64,000 nucleotides of DNA from an uncultured Gemmatimonadales bacterium. GTDB lineage: Bacteria; Gemmatimonadota; Gemmatimonadetes; Gemmatimonadales; GWC2-71-9. Both the position numbers and the translations under genes were made by a program. The DNA lies in assembly GCA_963771275.1 (NCBI GenBank), contig CAVYSW010000003.1:512001-576000 (forward strand), given 5' to 3'. Positions within the stretch are counted from its first letter, which is position 1, and the number at the start of each line of letters is the position of its first letter. This document shows, in pieces, positions 28,908 to 38,486 of the stretch. A model generated the notes under the pieces. That model searched no databases. It was given only the letters and a program-made list of their open reading frames with translations, and was not told the origin of the DNA.

Positions 28908-31109
28908 CTGACCAGCCGCCGTGAGTTTGCCACCGGGCTGGTGGGGACCGCGCTGGGCATCACGGGCCTCCACCGGCTCCCGCGCGGCGCCGGCCGACCC
29001 TCAGTCGCGGCGGTGCCTACGATCTTCCACGGACACCCCGACGGCCAGACCACGCTGGTGCGGTTCCTGGCGACTGGCATCGACGCACCGGCGGGACGCC
29101 TCCGCGTGGTCGATCAGACCGGTCGCCTGATCGGCACGGCCGGCATGCTGCGTCGGGCGGACCTGCTGGTGGGCGAGCTGTGGCTGCCGCTCGCCAAACC
29201 GCTCACCGTCCGGAGCCGGCTGGAAACCCCGGCCACACGCGGCGTGATCCAGACCACCCATCGCCTGCATCCGACCCCACGGCTGACGCTCTGCTGGCTC
29301 ACGATCGTCGAGCCACACGCGCTCGAGGCCCACGCGCTCGACGTGCCCGTGCTGGCCCGGGGGGTCGACGCCGCCGCGCTGTTCGCGGCGGGCGCCCGCG
29401 TGAACCCGTGGAGTCCCCCTGCCGGGAGACGGCGCGATCACCTCGATCTGCTCCGTGCCGCCGTCCCCGCCGCGCACGCGCGAGTCGCGACAGGGGTGGC
29501 GGTGAGTCGGATCGCAGTCGTCGACGTCGCCCGGGTAGAGCCGTTCATCGGGCCGGCACTCGCCGGATCGGGCGTCGCGGTGCTGCTCACGACCTCCCAG
29601 GTCATGCCGCCGGACGTCCTCGGCTTCGGCGAGGGGCGGCTGGTCATGGCACGGCGGATCGAGCAGTGGCTGACGAGCGAGACACCAGGAGACACGCCGT
29701 CTGCGCTGGTCGTCGGGGCGGACCTCGAAGCGGCGCAGCGCGCGACCGCCGCCGTCGAGGACTGGAACGGGACCTACGCCTATCCGCGCATCCTCGTGGG
29801 GGACGGCGACGCGGCCCTGGCCGTCGCGCGGCGGCACGTGACCCCGGCGCCACCACCCGCCGTGACCGGCCCTCCGGCACCGGCCGTCTATCACCAGCCT
29901 GCCGAGGTATTCGGCGCCCTCGCGCAGGCGATCTCGCCGGACGACCCGACGCTCGCTGGCCTCGCCGCGGCCATCGCCTTCCCGGTCAGCGGCACCCTCG
30001 TGTTCAACCCGTCGCCGTTCGGCGTGAGCGGCGCGGTGGCATTGTCGGACGGGACGACGCGCATCATCACCGACGTTCCGGGGATTGGGTATGCGTTCGT
30101 TCCGGAGGCGGCAGGGGCGGCGGACGTGACAGAATCGTGGACGGGCAGTGAGATCGAGACGGCGCGCTACGCGCTCGCGCTGCGGCGCGGTGATGGCGCC
30201 ATCGTCTCATTGACAGACCGCGCGACGGGACGCCAGCTGGTGCGGCCCGGCGGCTGCCTCAACGGGCTCGACGCCGCGGTCCTGTCCGAGTCCGTCATCG
30301 AGCAGGTGCCGAGCGTCGGGGTGCGCATCCGGGCGCGGCGCGTGACCCCAGTGGAGGTCGTGGTCTCGACCATTTCGCTGTACGACACGCTGCCCTGGGT
30401 GGACATCACGAATGAGACGGAGGAGCGGCAGGAGGGGCGGGAGCGGCGGGACCGGCTGGCGTGGAGGTTCGACTTCGCCGACGAGGTCGAGGAGGTACGC
30501 TGGGACGTGGCGGGCGGGTCCCTCGCGGCCGTGCCGCCAGTCGCCGACATGACTCCGCTTCGGTGGCTCGCGCTGCGCGGGCGCGCGGGTGCCGTGCTCC
30601 TCGCCATCCGGGGCGCCGGTGCGGCCGCTCTCGACGGAGCACGACTCACGCTCCAGGGTGGCGGTACCGCCGCCGACCTTCCAGGAACCGACCGGGCGGG
30701 AATCCTCCGCGTCCGCCTCGCGCACCACGCCGGGTTCCTGCTGGCTGACGACCCGTGGCGCTTCGGCTACTCCCTCGATTCGCTGATTGCGGTCCCCGCC
30801 CCGGGCGCCGGCGCCCACCGGCTGCCGACATTCGGCCGCCTGTTCGACGTGCCCGACCCCGCGGTCGCCGTGGTCGGGCTGAAGCCCGCGGACGACGGTA
30901 TTGGCGTGATGCTGTATCTCATGGACCTCGCGGGGCCGGCGCGCGCCGTGGCGGTCCGTCCCGGCGTGCTGGCGTTCGACGAGGCCACCCTCACCGACCT
31001 CACGGAGCGCGACCAGCAGACGGCGGACCGGGAGGGAGGGGGGGTTCTCGTGCCCCTGGCGGAGCGGGGCTACGCCGCGGTCCGCCTGCTCGGCGTGCGA
31101 CCGGCTTGA
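28908..31109 (+). CDS. Tat-exported, GH38 alpha-mannosidase-like protein with an apparently degenerate catalytic domain
   Basis: In-frame upstream TSRREFATGLVG twin-arginine motif; WN..YAYPRI, VFNPS, G.I.SL.D..TGR.L, LYD.LP.VDI.N, LKPADDG.G, TDLTER resemble GH38 C-terminal beta domains; start uncertain. Confidence 0.55.
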   Translation: MTSRREFATGLVGTALGITGLHRLPRGAGRPSVAAVPTIFHGHPDGQTTLVRFLATGIDAPAGRLRVVDQTGRLIGTAGMLRRADLLVGELWLPLAKPLTVRSRLETPATRGVIQTTHRLHPTPRLTLCWLTIVEPHALEAHALDVPVLARGVDAAALFAAGARVNPWSPPAGRRRDHLDLLRAAVPAAHARVATGVAVSRIAVVDVARVEPFIGPALAGSGVAVLLTTSQVMPPDVLGFGEGRLVMARRIEQWLTSETPGDTPSALVVGADLEAAQRATAAVEDWNGTYAYPRILVGDGDAALAVARRHVTPAPPPAVTGPPAPAVYHQPAEVFGALAQAISPDDPTLAGLAAAIAFPVSGTLVFNPSPFGVSGAVALSDGTTRIITDVPGIGYAFVPEAAGAADVTESWTGSEIETARYALALRRGDGAIVSLTDRATGRQLVRPGGCLNGLDAAVLSESVIEQVPSVGVRIRARRVTPVEVVVSTISLYDTLPWVDITNETEERQEGRERRDRLAWRFDFADEVEEVRWDVAGGSLAAVPPVADMTPLRWLALRGRAGAVLLAIRGAGAAALDGARLTLQGGGTAADLPGTDRAGILRVRLAHHAGFLLADDPWRFGYSLDSLIAVPAPGAGAHRLPTFGRLFDVPDPAVAVVGLKPADDGIGVMLYLMDLAGPARAVAVRPGVLAFDEATLTDLTERDQQTADREGGGVLVPLAERGYAAVRLLGVRPA

Positions 31110-31160
31110 GCCACCGGGCGGGAACGGGGTATATCTGAGCAACAGACACAGGATGGGGGA

Positions 31161-32624
31161 ATGACGACGAAGCCCGGCACGTTGCACGACCTGCGGCAGA
31201 CCGAGTGGGCCGATCCGGCGAAGCACGGACGCACCGTGAAGGACGAGATGCGGCAGAACCTGATCTGCCTGCTCGAGGCTGGGCAACCGATCTTCCCCGG
31301 GATCGTGGGCTACGAAGACACGGTCGTGCCGCAGGTGGTGAACGCGGTGCTGGCCCGGCACAACTTCATTCTGCTCGGCCTGCGCGGGCAGGCCAAGAGC
31401 CGGATCCTCCGCGCGCTGGTGGGCCTGCTCGACGAAGAGATCCCGATCATCGCCGGGAGCGAAGTGAACGACAACCCGTTCCGGCCGATCTCGAAGCACG
31501 GCCGCCAGGTGCTGGAGGAGCACGGCGACCGCACGCCGATCGCCTGGGTGACGCGCGAGTATCGCTACGTCGAGAAGCTCGCGACGCCCGACGTCACGAT
31601 CGCCGACATCATCGGCGATGTCGACCCCATCAAGGCGGCGCGCGGCGGCCACCTGCTCTCCGACGAGCTCACGATCCACTACGGGCTGCTGCCGCGCTCC
31701 AATCGCGGCGTCTTCGCGCTGAACGAGCTGCCCGACCTCGCGGGCAAGATCCAGGTGGGGCTGTTCAACATCATGCAGGAAGGCGACGTCCAGATCAAAG
31801 GCTACCCGATCCGCCTGGCGCTCGACGTGCTGCTCGTGTTTTCGGCGAACCCCGAGGACTACACGGCGCGCGGGAAGATCATCACGCCGCTGAAGGACCG
31901 AATCGGGAGCGAGATCATGACGCACTACCCGCTCACGATCGAGCACGGGATGGCGATCACCGCCCAGGAAGCCTGGCTCACCCGCGCGGCGCGGCCGGCG
32001 GAGGTCCCCGATTTCATCGCCGAGATCGTCGAGCGGATCGCGTTCGAGGCCCGTCAGGACAAGCGCATCGACCGCCGCTCCGGCGTGAGCCAGCGGCTCC
32101 CGATCACGGTGATCGAGAACGTGACGTCGAACGCCGAACGACGGGCGATCGTGAATCGGGAGAAGCGGGCGGTACCGCGCATCTCCGACGTCTACGCGGC
32201 CCTCCCCTCCATCACCGGGAAGATCGAGCTGGAGTACGAGGGCGAGCTGCAGGGCGCCGAGATCATCGCGCGGGATCTGGTGCGGCGCGCCTGTCTCGCG
32301 ACGTTCGAGGCGCGGGCCGGCGGCGCCGACTGCGACGCGATCGTGGCGTGGTTCGACGAGGGTGGCGCGCTCAAGGTGGGCGAGGCCGAGCGCGCCGACG
32401 CATGCGTGAAGGGATTCAGCCGCATTCCGGGGCTGCTGGACGTCGTCAAGAGCACCGGTCTCGCGCCCCAGGGCGACCCCGGACGGATCACCGCCGCCTG
32501 CGAGCTGGTGCTCGAGGGCCTGGTCGCGCAGAAACGCATTTCGCGGAGCGACGAGCTGGGGTACGCCAGGGCGCGGTCGGAGCGGCGGCCGGGCGGGAGC
32601 GGCGGGCAGAATATGTTTCAGTAA
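31161..32624 (+). CDS. AAA+ ATPase of the magnesium-chelatase-subunit-I-like family
   Basis: Walker A variant GLRGQAKS, EKLATPD, Walker B variant FALNELPDL, ANPEDYT.RG.IITPLKDRIG. Confidence 0.88.
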   Translation: MTTKPGTLHDLRQTEWADPAKHGRTVKDEMRQNLICLLEAGQPIFPGIVGYEDTVVPQVVNAVLARHNFILLGLRGQAKSRILRALVGLLDEEIPIIAGSEVNDNPFRPISKHGRQVLEEHGDRTPIAWVTREYRYVEKLATPDVTIADIIGDVDPIKAARGGHLLSDELTIHYGLLPRSNRGVFALNELPDLAGKIQVGLFNIMQEGDVQIKGYPIRLALDVLLVFSANPEDYTARGKIITPLKDRIGSEIMTHYPLTIEHGMAITAQEAWLTRAARPAEVPDFIAEIVERIAFEARQDKRIDRRSGVSQRLPITVIENVTSNAERRAIVNREKRAVPRISDVYAALPSITGKIELEYEGELQGAEIIARDLVRRACLATFEARAGGADCDAIVAWFDEGGALKVGEAERADACVKGFSRIPGLLDVVKSTGLAPQGDPGRITAACELVLEGLVAQKRISRSDELGYARARSERRPGGSGGQNMFQ

Positions 32625-32627
32625 GAC

Positions 32628-32648
32628 GTGCAGCGGGTAGCGTGTAGC
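32628..32648. repeat. Tandem heptamer array, (GTGYAGC)-type, three units
   Basis: gtgcagc gggtagc gtgtagc right after the ATPase stop; same family as 26663-26704. Confidence 0.65.
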
Positions 32649-32659
32649 GGAGGTGGTCG

Positions 32660-33295
32660 ATGGCCGTCATCACGATTTCTCGGCAGTACGGATCGGGCGG
32701 GTCGGAGGTGGCGAGGTTGGTGGCCGAGCGGCTGGGCTGGTCGCTGATCGACAACGACTTCGTCGAGCGAGTGGCGCAGCGCGCGGGCGTCACGGTGGAG
32801 GAAGTCCAGCGTCAGGAGGAGCGGGTGCCGAGTCTGGTGGAGCGGCTGGCGCGGGCACTCGCGGTCTCCGCCCCGGAGATGTTCGCCGCCACGACGGAGC
32901 CCGCCGCGCCTCTGCCACCGGAAGACCGCATCGTGAAGATGACCGAGGCCGTCATCGCGGAAGTCGCGAGCCACGACCACGCCGTACTCGTAGGACGGGG
33001 GGCGCAGGCCTATCTCGCCGAGCGCGAGAACACGCTGCACGTCTACATCGTGGCACCCCGGGACGTGCAGATCGACACGGCGATGCGACGGCTCCACGTG
33101 GACCGCAAGACCGCGGAGAAGGTCACCGATGACGCCGACCATGGCCGCCGACACTACGTGCACACCTACTACGGACGCGAGTGGGACGCCGCCGCGGGCT
33201 ATGACCTGGTGATCAACACGGGCAAGTTCGGCTACGAACACGCGGCGGATCTGATCGTCGCGGCGGCACGGCAGCGAGATCTCGTGCCGCGCTAG
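32660..33295 (+). CDS. Cytidylate kinase-like family protein
   Basis: VITISRQYGSGG, VLVGRGA, YDLVINT. Confidence 0.88.
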   Translation: MAVITISRQYGSGGSEVARLVAERLGWSLIDNDFVERVAQRAGVTVEEVQRQEERVPSLVERLARALAVSAPEMFAATTEPAAPLPPEDRIVKMTEAVIAEVASHDHAVLVGRGAQAYLAERENTLHVYIVAPRDVQIDTAMRRLHVDRKTAEKVTDDADHGRRHYVHTYYGREWDAAAGYDLVINTGKFGYEHAADLIVAAARQRDLVPR

Positions 33296-33416
33296 GGACG
33301 GCCGTTCCTTGGCCGCTCCTTCATACTCGATTCACCCGGTCCTCGGACCTCCCAGCCTAGCTTCCCCGCCTGGCTTCTCCGTCCGACCATCGTTGCACCG
33401 CACGCCAGGAGGTTCC

Positions 33417-33893
33417 ATGAAGGCCCCCCGCTCGCTGCTGGCCCTGTTCGGCCTGCTGCTCATCGTCGCCTGCCGCCCCGCGAAGCAAGCCGGTACGGTC
33501 TACGGCGAGCGCCCCTCGCTTACGGATACGACCGCGGTCTCGGCGATTCTCTCCGAGCCCGAAGCCTGGGTGGGTCGCCGAGTGCTCGTTGCCGGTACGG
33601 TGGTGGATGTGTGCGAGAAGCGTGGCTGCTGGCTGGCGCTGTCGAGCGACCGCGAGCACGAGACGCTGCGGGTCAAGGTGGAGGACGGGGTCATCGTCTT
33701 CCCGATGACCGCGCGGGGGCGTCAGGCGGTGGTCGAAGGGGTCGTCGAGAAGGTCGCGCTCACCGAAGCCGAGGCCCGGGAGCAGGCGCGGATGCACGCC
33801 GAGGAGCAGGGGATCCCGTTCGATTCGACCGCGGTGTTCGGTCCGACGACGTCCTACCAGCTCAAGGGCATCGGCGCGATCATCGCCGAGTGA
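33417..33893 (+). CDS. DUF4920-like lipoprotein
   Basis: Lipobox IVAC; YGE, G.V.DVCEKRGCW, VKVEDG.IVFP; GGAGG SD. Confidence 0.75.
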   Translation: MKAPRSLLALFGLLLIVACRPAKQAGTVYGERPSLTDTTAVSAILSEPEAWVGRRVLVAGTVVDVCEKRGCWLALSSDREHETLRVKVEDGVIVFPMTARGRQAVVEGVVEKVALTEAEAREQARMHAEEQGIPFDSTAVFGPTTSYQLKGIGAIIAE

Positions 33894-33904
33894 GTGGCGG
33901 CGGC

Positions 33905-34459
33905 ATGCAGTGGCGCAGGTGGAACAACGTCGTCCACCGGGACCTCGGGTATCTCTGTGTCGGACTGACGCTGGTCTATGTCGTCTCCGGCGTCGCCGTG
34001 AACCACATCGGCGACTGGAACCCCAACTACCGGATCGAGCGGCGCACGGCGGAAATCGGCCCGTACGACGACACCAACCTCGACAGTCCCGCCGCGGTGG
34101 GGGAGATTCTCGCCAGGCTCGGCCTCGCCCCCGGGTATCGTACGACGTTCCGGCCCGACACGGCCACGCTGCGGATCTTCCTCGAGGACGGCACGGCGGA
34201 TGTGGATCTCGCCACCGGCCACGCGACGGTGGAGATCGTGCGCTCGCGCTCGCTGATCCGCGCGGCCAACGTCCTGCACCTCAACATCCCGAAGCGGCTG
34301 TGGACCTGGATGGCCGATCTCTACGCCGTCTCGCTCGGCCTGCTCGCGGTGACCGGGCTGTTCGTACTCAAGGGCAAGAAGGGGATCACGGGGCGCGGCG
34401 CCTGGCTCACGGCGATCGGGGTGGCGCTCCCGCTGCTGGTTCTCTGGCTGTACCGCTGA
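33905..34459 (+). CDS. PepSY-associated TM helix domain protein
   Basis: HRDLGY...Y.VSG.AVNH, NVLH, W...DLYA...TGL. Confidence 0.8.
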   Translation: MQWRRWNNVVHRDLGYLCVGLTLVYVVSGVAVNHIGDWNPNYRIERRTAEIGPYDDTNLDSPAAVGEILARLGLAPGYRTTFRPDTATLRIFLEDGTADVDLATGHATVEIVRSRSLIRAANVLHLNIPKRLWTWMADLYAVSLGLLAVTGLFVLKGKKGITGRGAWLTAIGVALPLLVLWLYR

Positions 34460-34475
34460 GCCGCCGGGCGGCGGC

Positions 34476-35696
34476 TCAGCGAGTCACGCGCATGGCCGGT
34501 GATCCCGCCAGCAGCACGAGCGCCGCAACCACGGTCACCAGTCCGCCCGCGACCAGCGTCGCCGCCACGCCGAAGCGCTGCGCGACGCTCCCCGCCAGCA
34601 GCGATCCCAGCGGCGCCATCCCGACGAACGAGAACGTGTAGGCGGCGACCACCCGGCCGCGCAGCTCGTCGGGCGAGAGCGTCTGGAGCAGCATGTTGGT
34701 GAGCGCGGTGGCCGTGATCATCGCGGCGCCGAGCAGGGCCAGGATCACCAGCGCCGCGACCACCGAATGGGCCAGCGCGAGGGCGATCACGAGCGCGCCG
34801 AACGCCGTGGCAGACCATGCGACCGCCCGGCCCTTGTGCATCGTCGACGCGAACGTGGCCACCGCCAGGGCCCCGACCAGCGCGCCGCCGCCCACCGCCG
34901 ACATCATCCAGCCATACTCCTCGGCGCCCCGCCCGAGCACGTTCTTGGCCAGCACGGGCAGCAGCACGAGCACCGGGAGCCCGAACACGCTCATCGCGGC
35001 GATGTTGAACAGCAGCAGCCGGATGCGGGCGTCGGCCCCGACGTAGCGCAGGCCTTCGCGAATGTTGTGCCATGCCGACACCGCCGGCACGGCGGCCGCG
35101 CGAAACGGCGGTACGCGCATTGCGACGAGGGCGGCCAGCACGGCCAAGTAGCTCACGCCGTTGGCCACGAAGCAGGCGGCCACACCGAACGCGCCGATCG
35201 CGATGCCGGCGAGCGCCGGCCCGACCAGGCGCGTGGCGTTGAACGCGGACGAGTTGAGCGCGATCGCGCTGGGCAGGTCCTCCCGCCCCACGATCTCGAT
35301 GAAGAACGACTGGCGGGCCGGGATGTCGAACGCCGTGGCGACCCCCATCAGGGCCGCCAACACGATGATCAGGTCGATGCTCTCGACGTGGGCATAGATC
35401 ATCGCCGCGAACGCGAACGCGACCAGCATGGCGGCCGTCTGCGTGGCGATCACCATGTGCCGTTTCGACACGCGATCCGCGACGGCGCCGGCGTAGAGCG
35501 AGAACAGCAGGATCGGCAGCGAGCCCAGCGCGTCGGCCAGCCCCACGAAGAACGCCGAGCCCGTGAGGTCGAGCACGAGCCACGACTGCGCCACCCGCTG
35601 CATCCAGACGCCTACCAGCGAGACCACGTAGCCGATGAAGAACAGGCTGAAGTTGCGGTGGCGGAACGCAGCGAAGGTGGGGGCTCGGCTCGGCAT
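34476..35696 (-). CDS. MFS transporter (DHA3/EntS-like)
   Basis: RNF.LF, G.WMQ.VAQSW, GAVADR..KR, PARQS, GPALAG; many hydrophobic TM segments. Confidence 0.9.
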   Translation of the reverse strand: MPSRAPTFAAFRHRNFSLFFIGYVVSLVGVWMQRVAQSWLVLDLTGSAFFVGLADALGSLPILLFSLYAGAVADRVSKRHMVIATQTAAMLVAFAFAAMIYAHVESIDLIIVLAALMGVATAFDIPARQSFFIEIVGREDLPSAIALNSSAFNATRLVGPALAGIAIGAFGVAACFVANGVSYLAVLAALVAMRVPPFRAAAVPAVSAWHNIREGLRYVGADARIRLLLFNIAAMSVFGLPVLVLLPVLAKNVLGRGAEEYGWMMSAVGGGALVGALAVATFASTMHKGRAVAWSATAFGALVIALALAHSVVAALVILALLGAAMITATALTNMLLQTLSPDELRGRVVAAYTFSFVGMAPLGSLLAGSVAQRFGVAATLVAGGLVTVVAALVLLAGSPAMRVTR

Positions 35697-35788
35697 GGTG
35701 GCGAATAATACGACGCGCCGCGCAATCGAATGGGCTGGCGTGCCCCCCCGCGGCCGCCGCACGATACCTGACCCTAGCGGCGGACTAT

Positions 35789-35817
35789 TTGACCATGGTC
35801 AGTGACCATGGTAGCTT
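35789..35817 (+). promoter_or_regulatory. TA-operon promoter overlapped by a tandem palindromic operator
   Basis: -35 TTGACC, 17 nt, -10 TAGCTT; perfect palindrome TGACCATGGTCA (35790-35801) and near copy TGACCATGGTAG (35803-35814). Confidence 0.75.
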
Positions 35818-35823
35818 GGCATC

Positions 35824-36078
35824 ATGCGTGAGGCGATTGAGTCGATGGCCGTCTCGAAGTTCAAGGCCACGTGCCTGAGCGTGTTGCAGCGCGTCAAGCG
35901 CACCGGGCGGCCGGTGACGGTGACGCGGTTTGGCGAGCCAATCGCGGAGATCGTGCCGCCCCGCCCCGCGGAGCGGGAGCGGCGGTGGCTCGGTACGCTG
36001 GCGGGTCGCGCGCGGATCGTCGGAGATGTCGTGGGACCCGTCGTCGACGAGCACGAGTGGGAGGCCGGTCGGGAGTGA
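35824..36078 (+). CDS. Phd/YefM family antitoxin
   Basis: SKFKATCLSVL..V..TG.PVTVTR.G.PIAEIVP. Confidence 0.9.
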   Translation: MREAIESMAVSKFKATCLSVLQRVKRTGRPVTVTRFGEPIAEIVPPRPAERERRWLGTLAGRARIVGDVVGPVVDEHEWEAGRE

Positions 36079-36470
36079 AGCTCCTGCTCGATACCCATAT
36101 CTGGCTCTGGAGCCTGCTCACCCCCGAGCGACTCGGGCGCGAGACCGCCCGGGCCTTGGAGGCGGACGACACGCAGCTCTGGCTGTCGCCGATCAGCGTG
36201 TGGGAGGCGCTGATGCTGATGGAGCGGGGCCGCGTCGAGGTGGACGTCGCGCCGGCCGATTGGGTGGCCGAGGCGCTGGTGGCCGTCCCGATGACCGAAG
36301 CGCCGCTCACGCACGCCGTGGCCCTCGAGTCCCGCCGCCTGCGGCTGCGACACACCGATCCGGCCGACCGGTTTCTCGCAGCCACCGCGCTGGTCTACGG
36401 TCTGACGCTCGTGACGGCGGACCGGCGTCTGACGCGGGTGCGCGACGTGGCGGTACTGCCGAACCGGTAG
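36075..36470 (+). CDS. vapC: VapC/PIN-domain toxin
   Basis: LLLDTHIWLW, SPISVWE, H.DPADRFLAATA, LVTAD; GTGA overlap with the antitoxin. Confidence 0.9.
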   Translation: MKLLLDTHIWLWSLLTPERLGRETARALEADDTQLWLSPISVWEALMLMERGRVEVDVAPADWVAEALVAVPMTEAPLTHAVALESRRLRLRHTDPADRFLAATALVYGLTLVTADRRLTRVRDVAVLPNR

Positions 36471-36653
36471 AGCGCGGAGTCCGCAACACGTCGGCCGCAA
36501 ACGCGCCGCGGCAGTTCTGCCAGTGAACCGGCCACCAGCGTACCCCCCGACCGCTGCCCCCGGGGGACCGCCATGAGCTCCATCCCATGCTCCTGGCCCC
36601 ACCCGCTTGCCCGCTTGCCGGAACAACCCCGACTCCGCAGGTTCCTATTACCC

Positions 36654-37991
36654 ATGCGCTACACGACGTACGGCAAGTACATCCCCCAGCTCGCCAACGC
36701 GATCAACCTCCAGGATCTCCTGGACCAGCTGAGCGACTTCCTGCTCCAGTCGGGGTTTGCCGGCGGGCCGATGTCGCATCCGTGGTGGGGCGAGTTCGGC
36801 GACGAAGACACCCAGTCCATGGAGTCGCTCAAGGACGCGATTCTGCGCGCCCTCATGGAGTCGGGGCAGCTCACGCCCGACATGCTCAAGCTCCTGCGCG
36901 GGGAATCCGCCGGCGACGAGGCGAAGGACGCCGAGATCAAGCGGCAGCTGGCGGACCTGCTCGACCAGATCGTCCAGCGGCTGATCGACGAGGGCTATCT
37001 CAACGTGCAGCAGGCACCGCAGGTGCCCGAGGGCCACCAGCAGATGTTCGGGCCCGGCGGCCAGGCGCATGCGGCGGCCAAGCAGGTCGAGTTCAATCTC
37101 ACCGAGAAGGCTATCGATTTCCTCGGCTACCGGGCGCTGCGGCATCTCCTGGGCAGCATCGGGAAGTCGAGCTTCGGCAGCCACGACACGCCGTACCTCG
37201 CGACCGGGATCGAGGCCGAGGCCGCCTCGAAGCCCTACGAGTTCGGGGACACGATGAACCTCGACGTGCCCGAGACGCTGAAGCGGGCGGTCGCGCGCCT
37301 CGGCACCCGGGCGGCGAGGGGTGACCCGGCACCCGACGTCCCGGGCGCTCAGCCGTTCCTCGATCTGGATTACCCCGATCTCATGGTGCACCAGAGCGAG
37401 TACCGGTCAAGCGCCGCGACGGTGCTGATGCTCGACTGCTCGCACTCGATGATTCTCTACGGCGAGGATCGGTTCACGCCCGCCAAGAAGGTGGCGCTGG
37501 CGCTGACCCACCTGATCCGGACGCAATTCCCGGGCGACTCGATCCGGGTGGTGCTGTTCCACGATTCGGCAGAAGAGATCCCCCTCGGCAGGCTGGCGCA
37601 CGCGCAGGTGGGGCCGTACCACACCAACACGGCGGAAGGGCTCAAGCTCGCGCGGCGGATCCTCACGGCGCAGAAGAAGGACATGCGCCAGATCGTGATG
37701 ATCACTGACGGGAAGCCCTCGGCACTCACCCTGCCGGACGGCCGGACCTACGTGAACTCGATGGGGCTCGATCCCAAGATCCTCAAGGCGACGTTCCACG
37801 AGGTCGCGGCGTGCCGGAAGGCGGGGATCATGATCAACACGTTCATGCTGGCCCGCGAGCGCTCGCTGGTGGACTTCGTGAAGCGGGTGTGCGAGATCTC
37901 GAAGGGGAAGGCCTACTTCACGAACACGATGACGCTGGGGCAGTACATCCTGATGGACTTCATGCGGAGAAAGACGAGGCGGGTAGGGTGA
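36654..37991 (+). CDS. VWA domain-containing protein, likely partner of the AAA+ ATPase at 31161
   Basis: MIDAS DCSHS, HTNT, ITDGKPS; YEFGD..NLD. Confidence 0.88.
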   Translation: MRYTTYGKYIPQLANAINLQDLLDQLSDFLLQSGFAGGPMSHPWWGEFGDEDTQSMESLKDAILRALMESGQLTPDMLKLLRGESAGDEAKDAEIKRQLADLLDQIVQRLIDEGYLNVQQAPQVPEGHQQMFGPGGQAHAAAKQVEFNLTEKAIDFLGYRALRHLLGSIGKSSFGSHDTPYLATGIEAEAASKPYEFGDTMNLDVPETLKRAVARLGTRAARGDPAPDVPGAQPFLDLDYPDLMVHQSEYRSSAATVLMLDCSHSMILYGEDRFTPAKKVALALTHLIRTQFPGDSIRVVLFHDSAEEIPLGRLAHAQVGPYHTNTAEGLKLARRILTAQKKDMRQIVMITDGKPSALTLPDGRTYVNSMGLDPKILKATFHEVAACRKAGIMINTFMLARERSLVDFVKRVCEISKGKAYFTNTMTLGQYILMDFMRRKTRRVG

Positions 37992-38009
37992 GGGTCGGCC
38001 GTTAGCGAG

Positions 38010-38486
38010 TTAGCGCTTGCGCAGTGCCTGGAGCGCCTCCAGCTCCGGCAGCTGCGCGAGATCCTTCGGGCGGGCGCTGGCCCGCTTGGCCTTGATGAGA
38101 CCGGAGAGTGACAGGACCCGGACGGTCACGCCCGACCACGCGATCTCGTCAGATTCCGCCAGCACGCGCACCCATCCGCCAACTCCCGAGACTTCGTCCG
38201 TTACGTCGATCGCCCCGTGATCGGTGATCAGGGTCATGACGGGGGTGGCTCGCAACGTCCGCGCGTCCATGACGAACGGCAGGCCGGGCTCGACCCCACG
38301 CAGGTAGGCATGCCAGTCGGCCAGGAGCGATGCCAGGCGCTGCACGTTCTCGGGCTCGGGATCGTAGCAGATACCGAGGTCCTCCGTCAGGCGGGTTGAT
38401 CCCTGCGCTCGCATGGCGAGGCCGCCAATGACCACGAAGCGGATCTCCGCCTTCGCGAGCCGCGCTGCCATGCCGAGCAGTGTCAC
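38010..38486 (-). CDS. Nucleotidyltransferase-family protein (Pol-beta-like)
   Basis: FVVIGGLA...G..R.T.DL(G), GAIDV, LIKAKRA..RPKD; GTGA overlap with the upstream gene. Confidence 0.75.
   Translation of the reverse strand: MTLLGMAARLAKAEIRFVVIGGLAMRAQGSTRLTEDLGICYDPEPENVQRLASLLADWHAYLRGVEPGLPFVMDARTLRATPVMTLITDHGAIDVTDEVSGVGGWVRVLAESDEIAWSGVTVRVLSLSGLIKAKRASARPKDLAQLPELEALQALRKR

Noticed and set aside
31161..32624. Magnesium chelatase as evidence for phototrophy
   Set aside because: It belongs to the VWA-associated ATPase family; no bch or puf genes in the window
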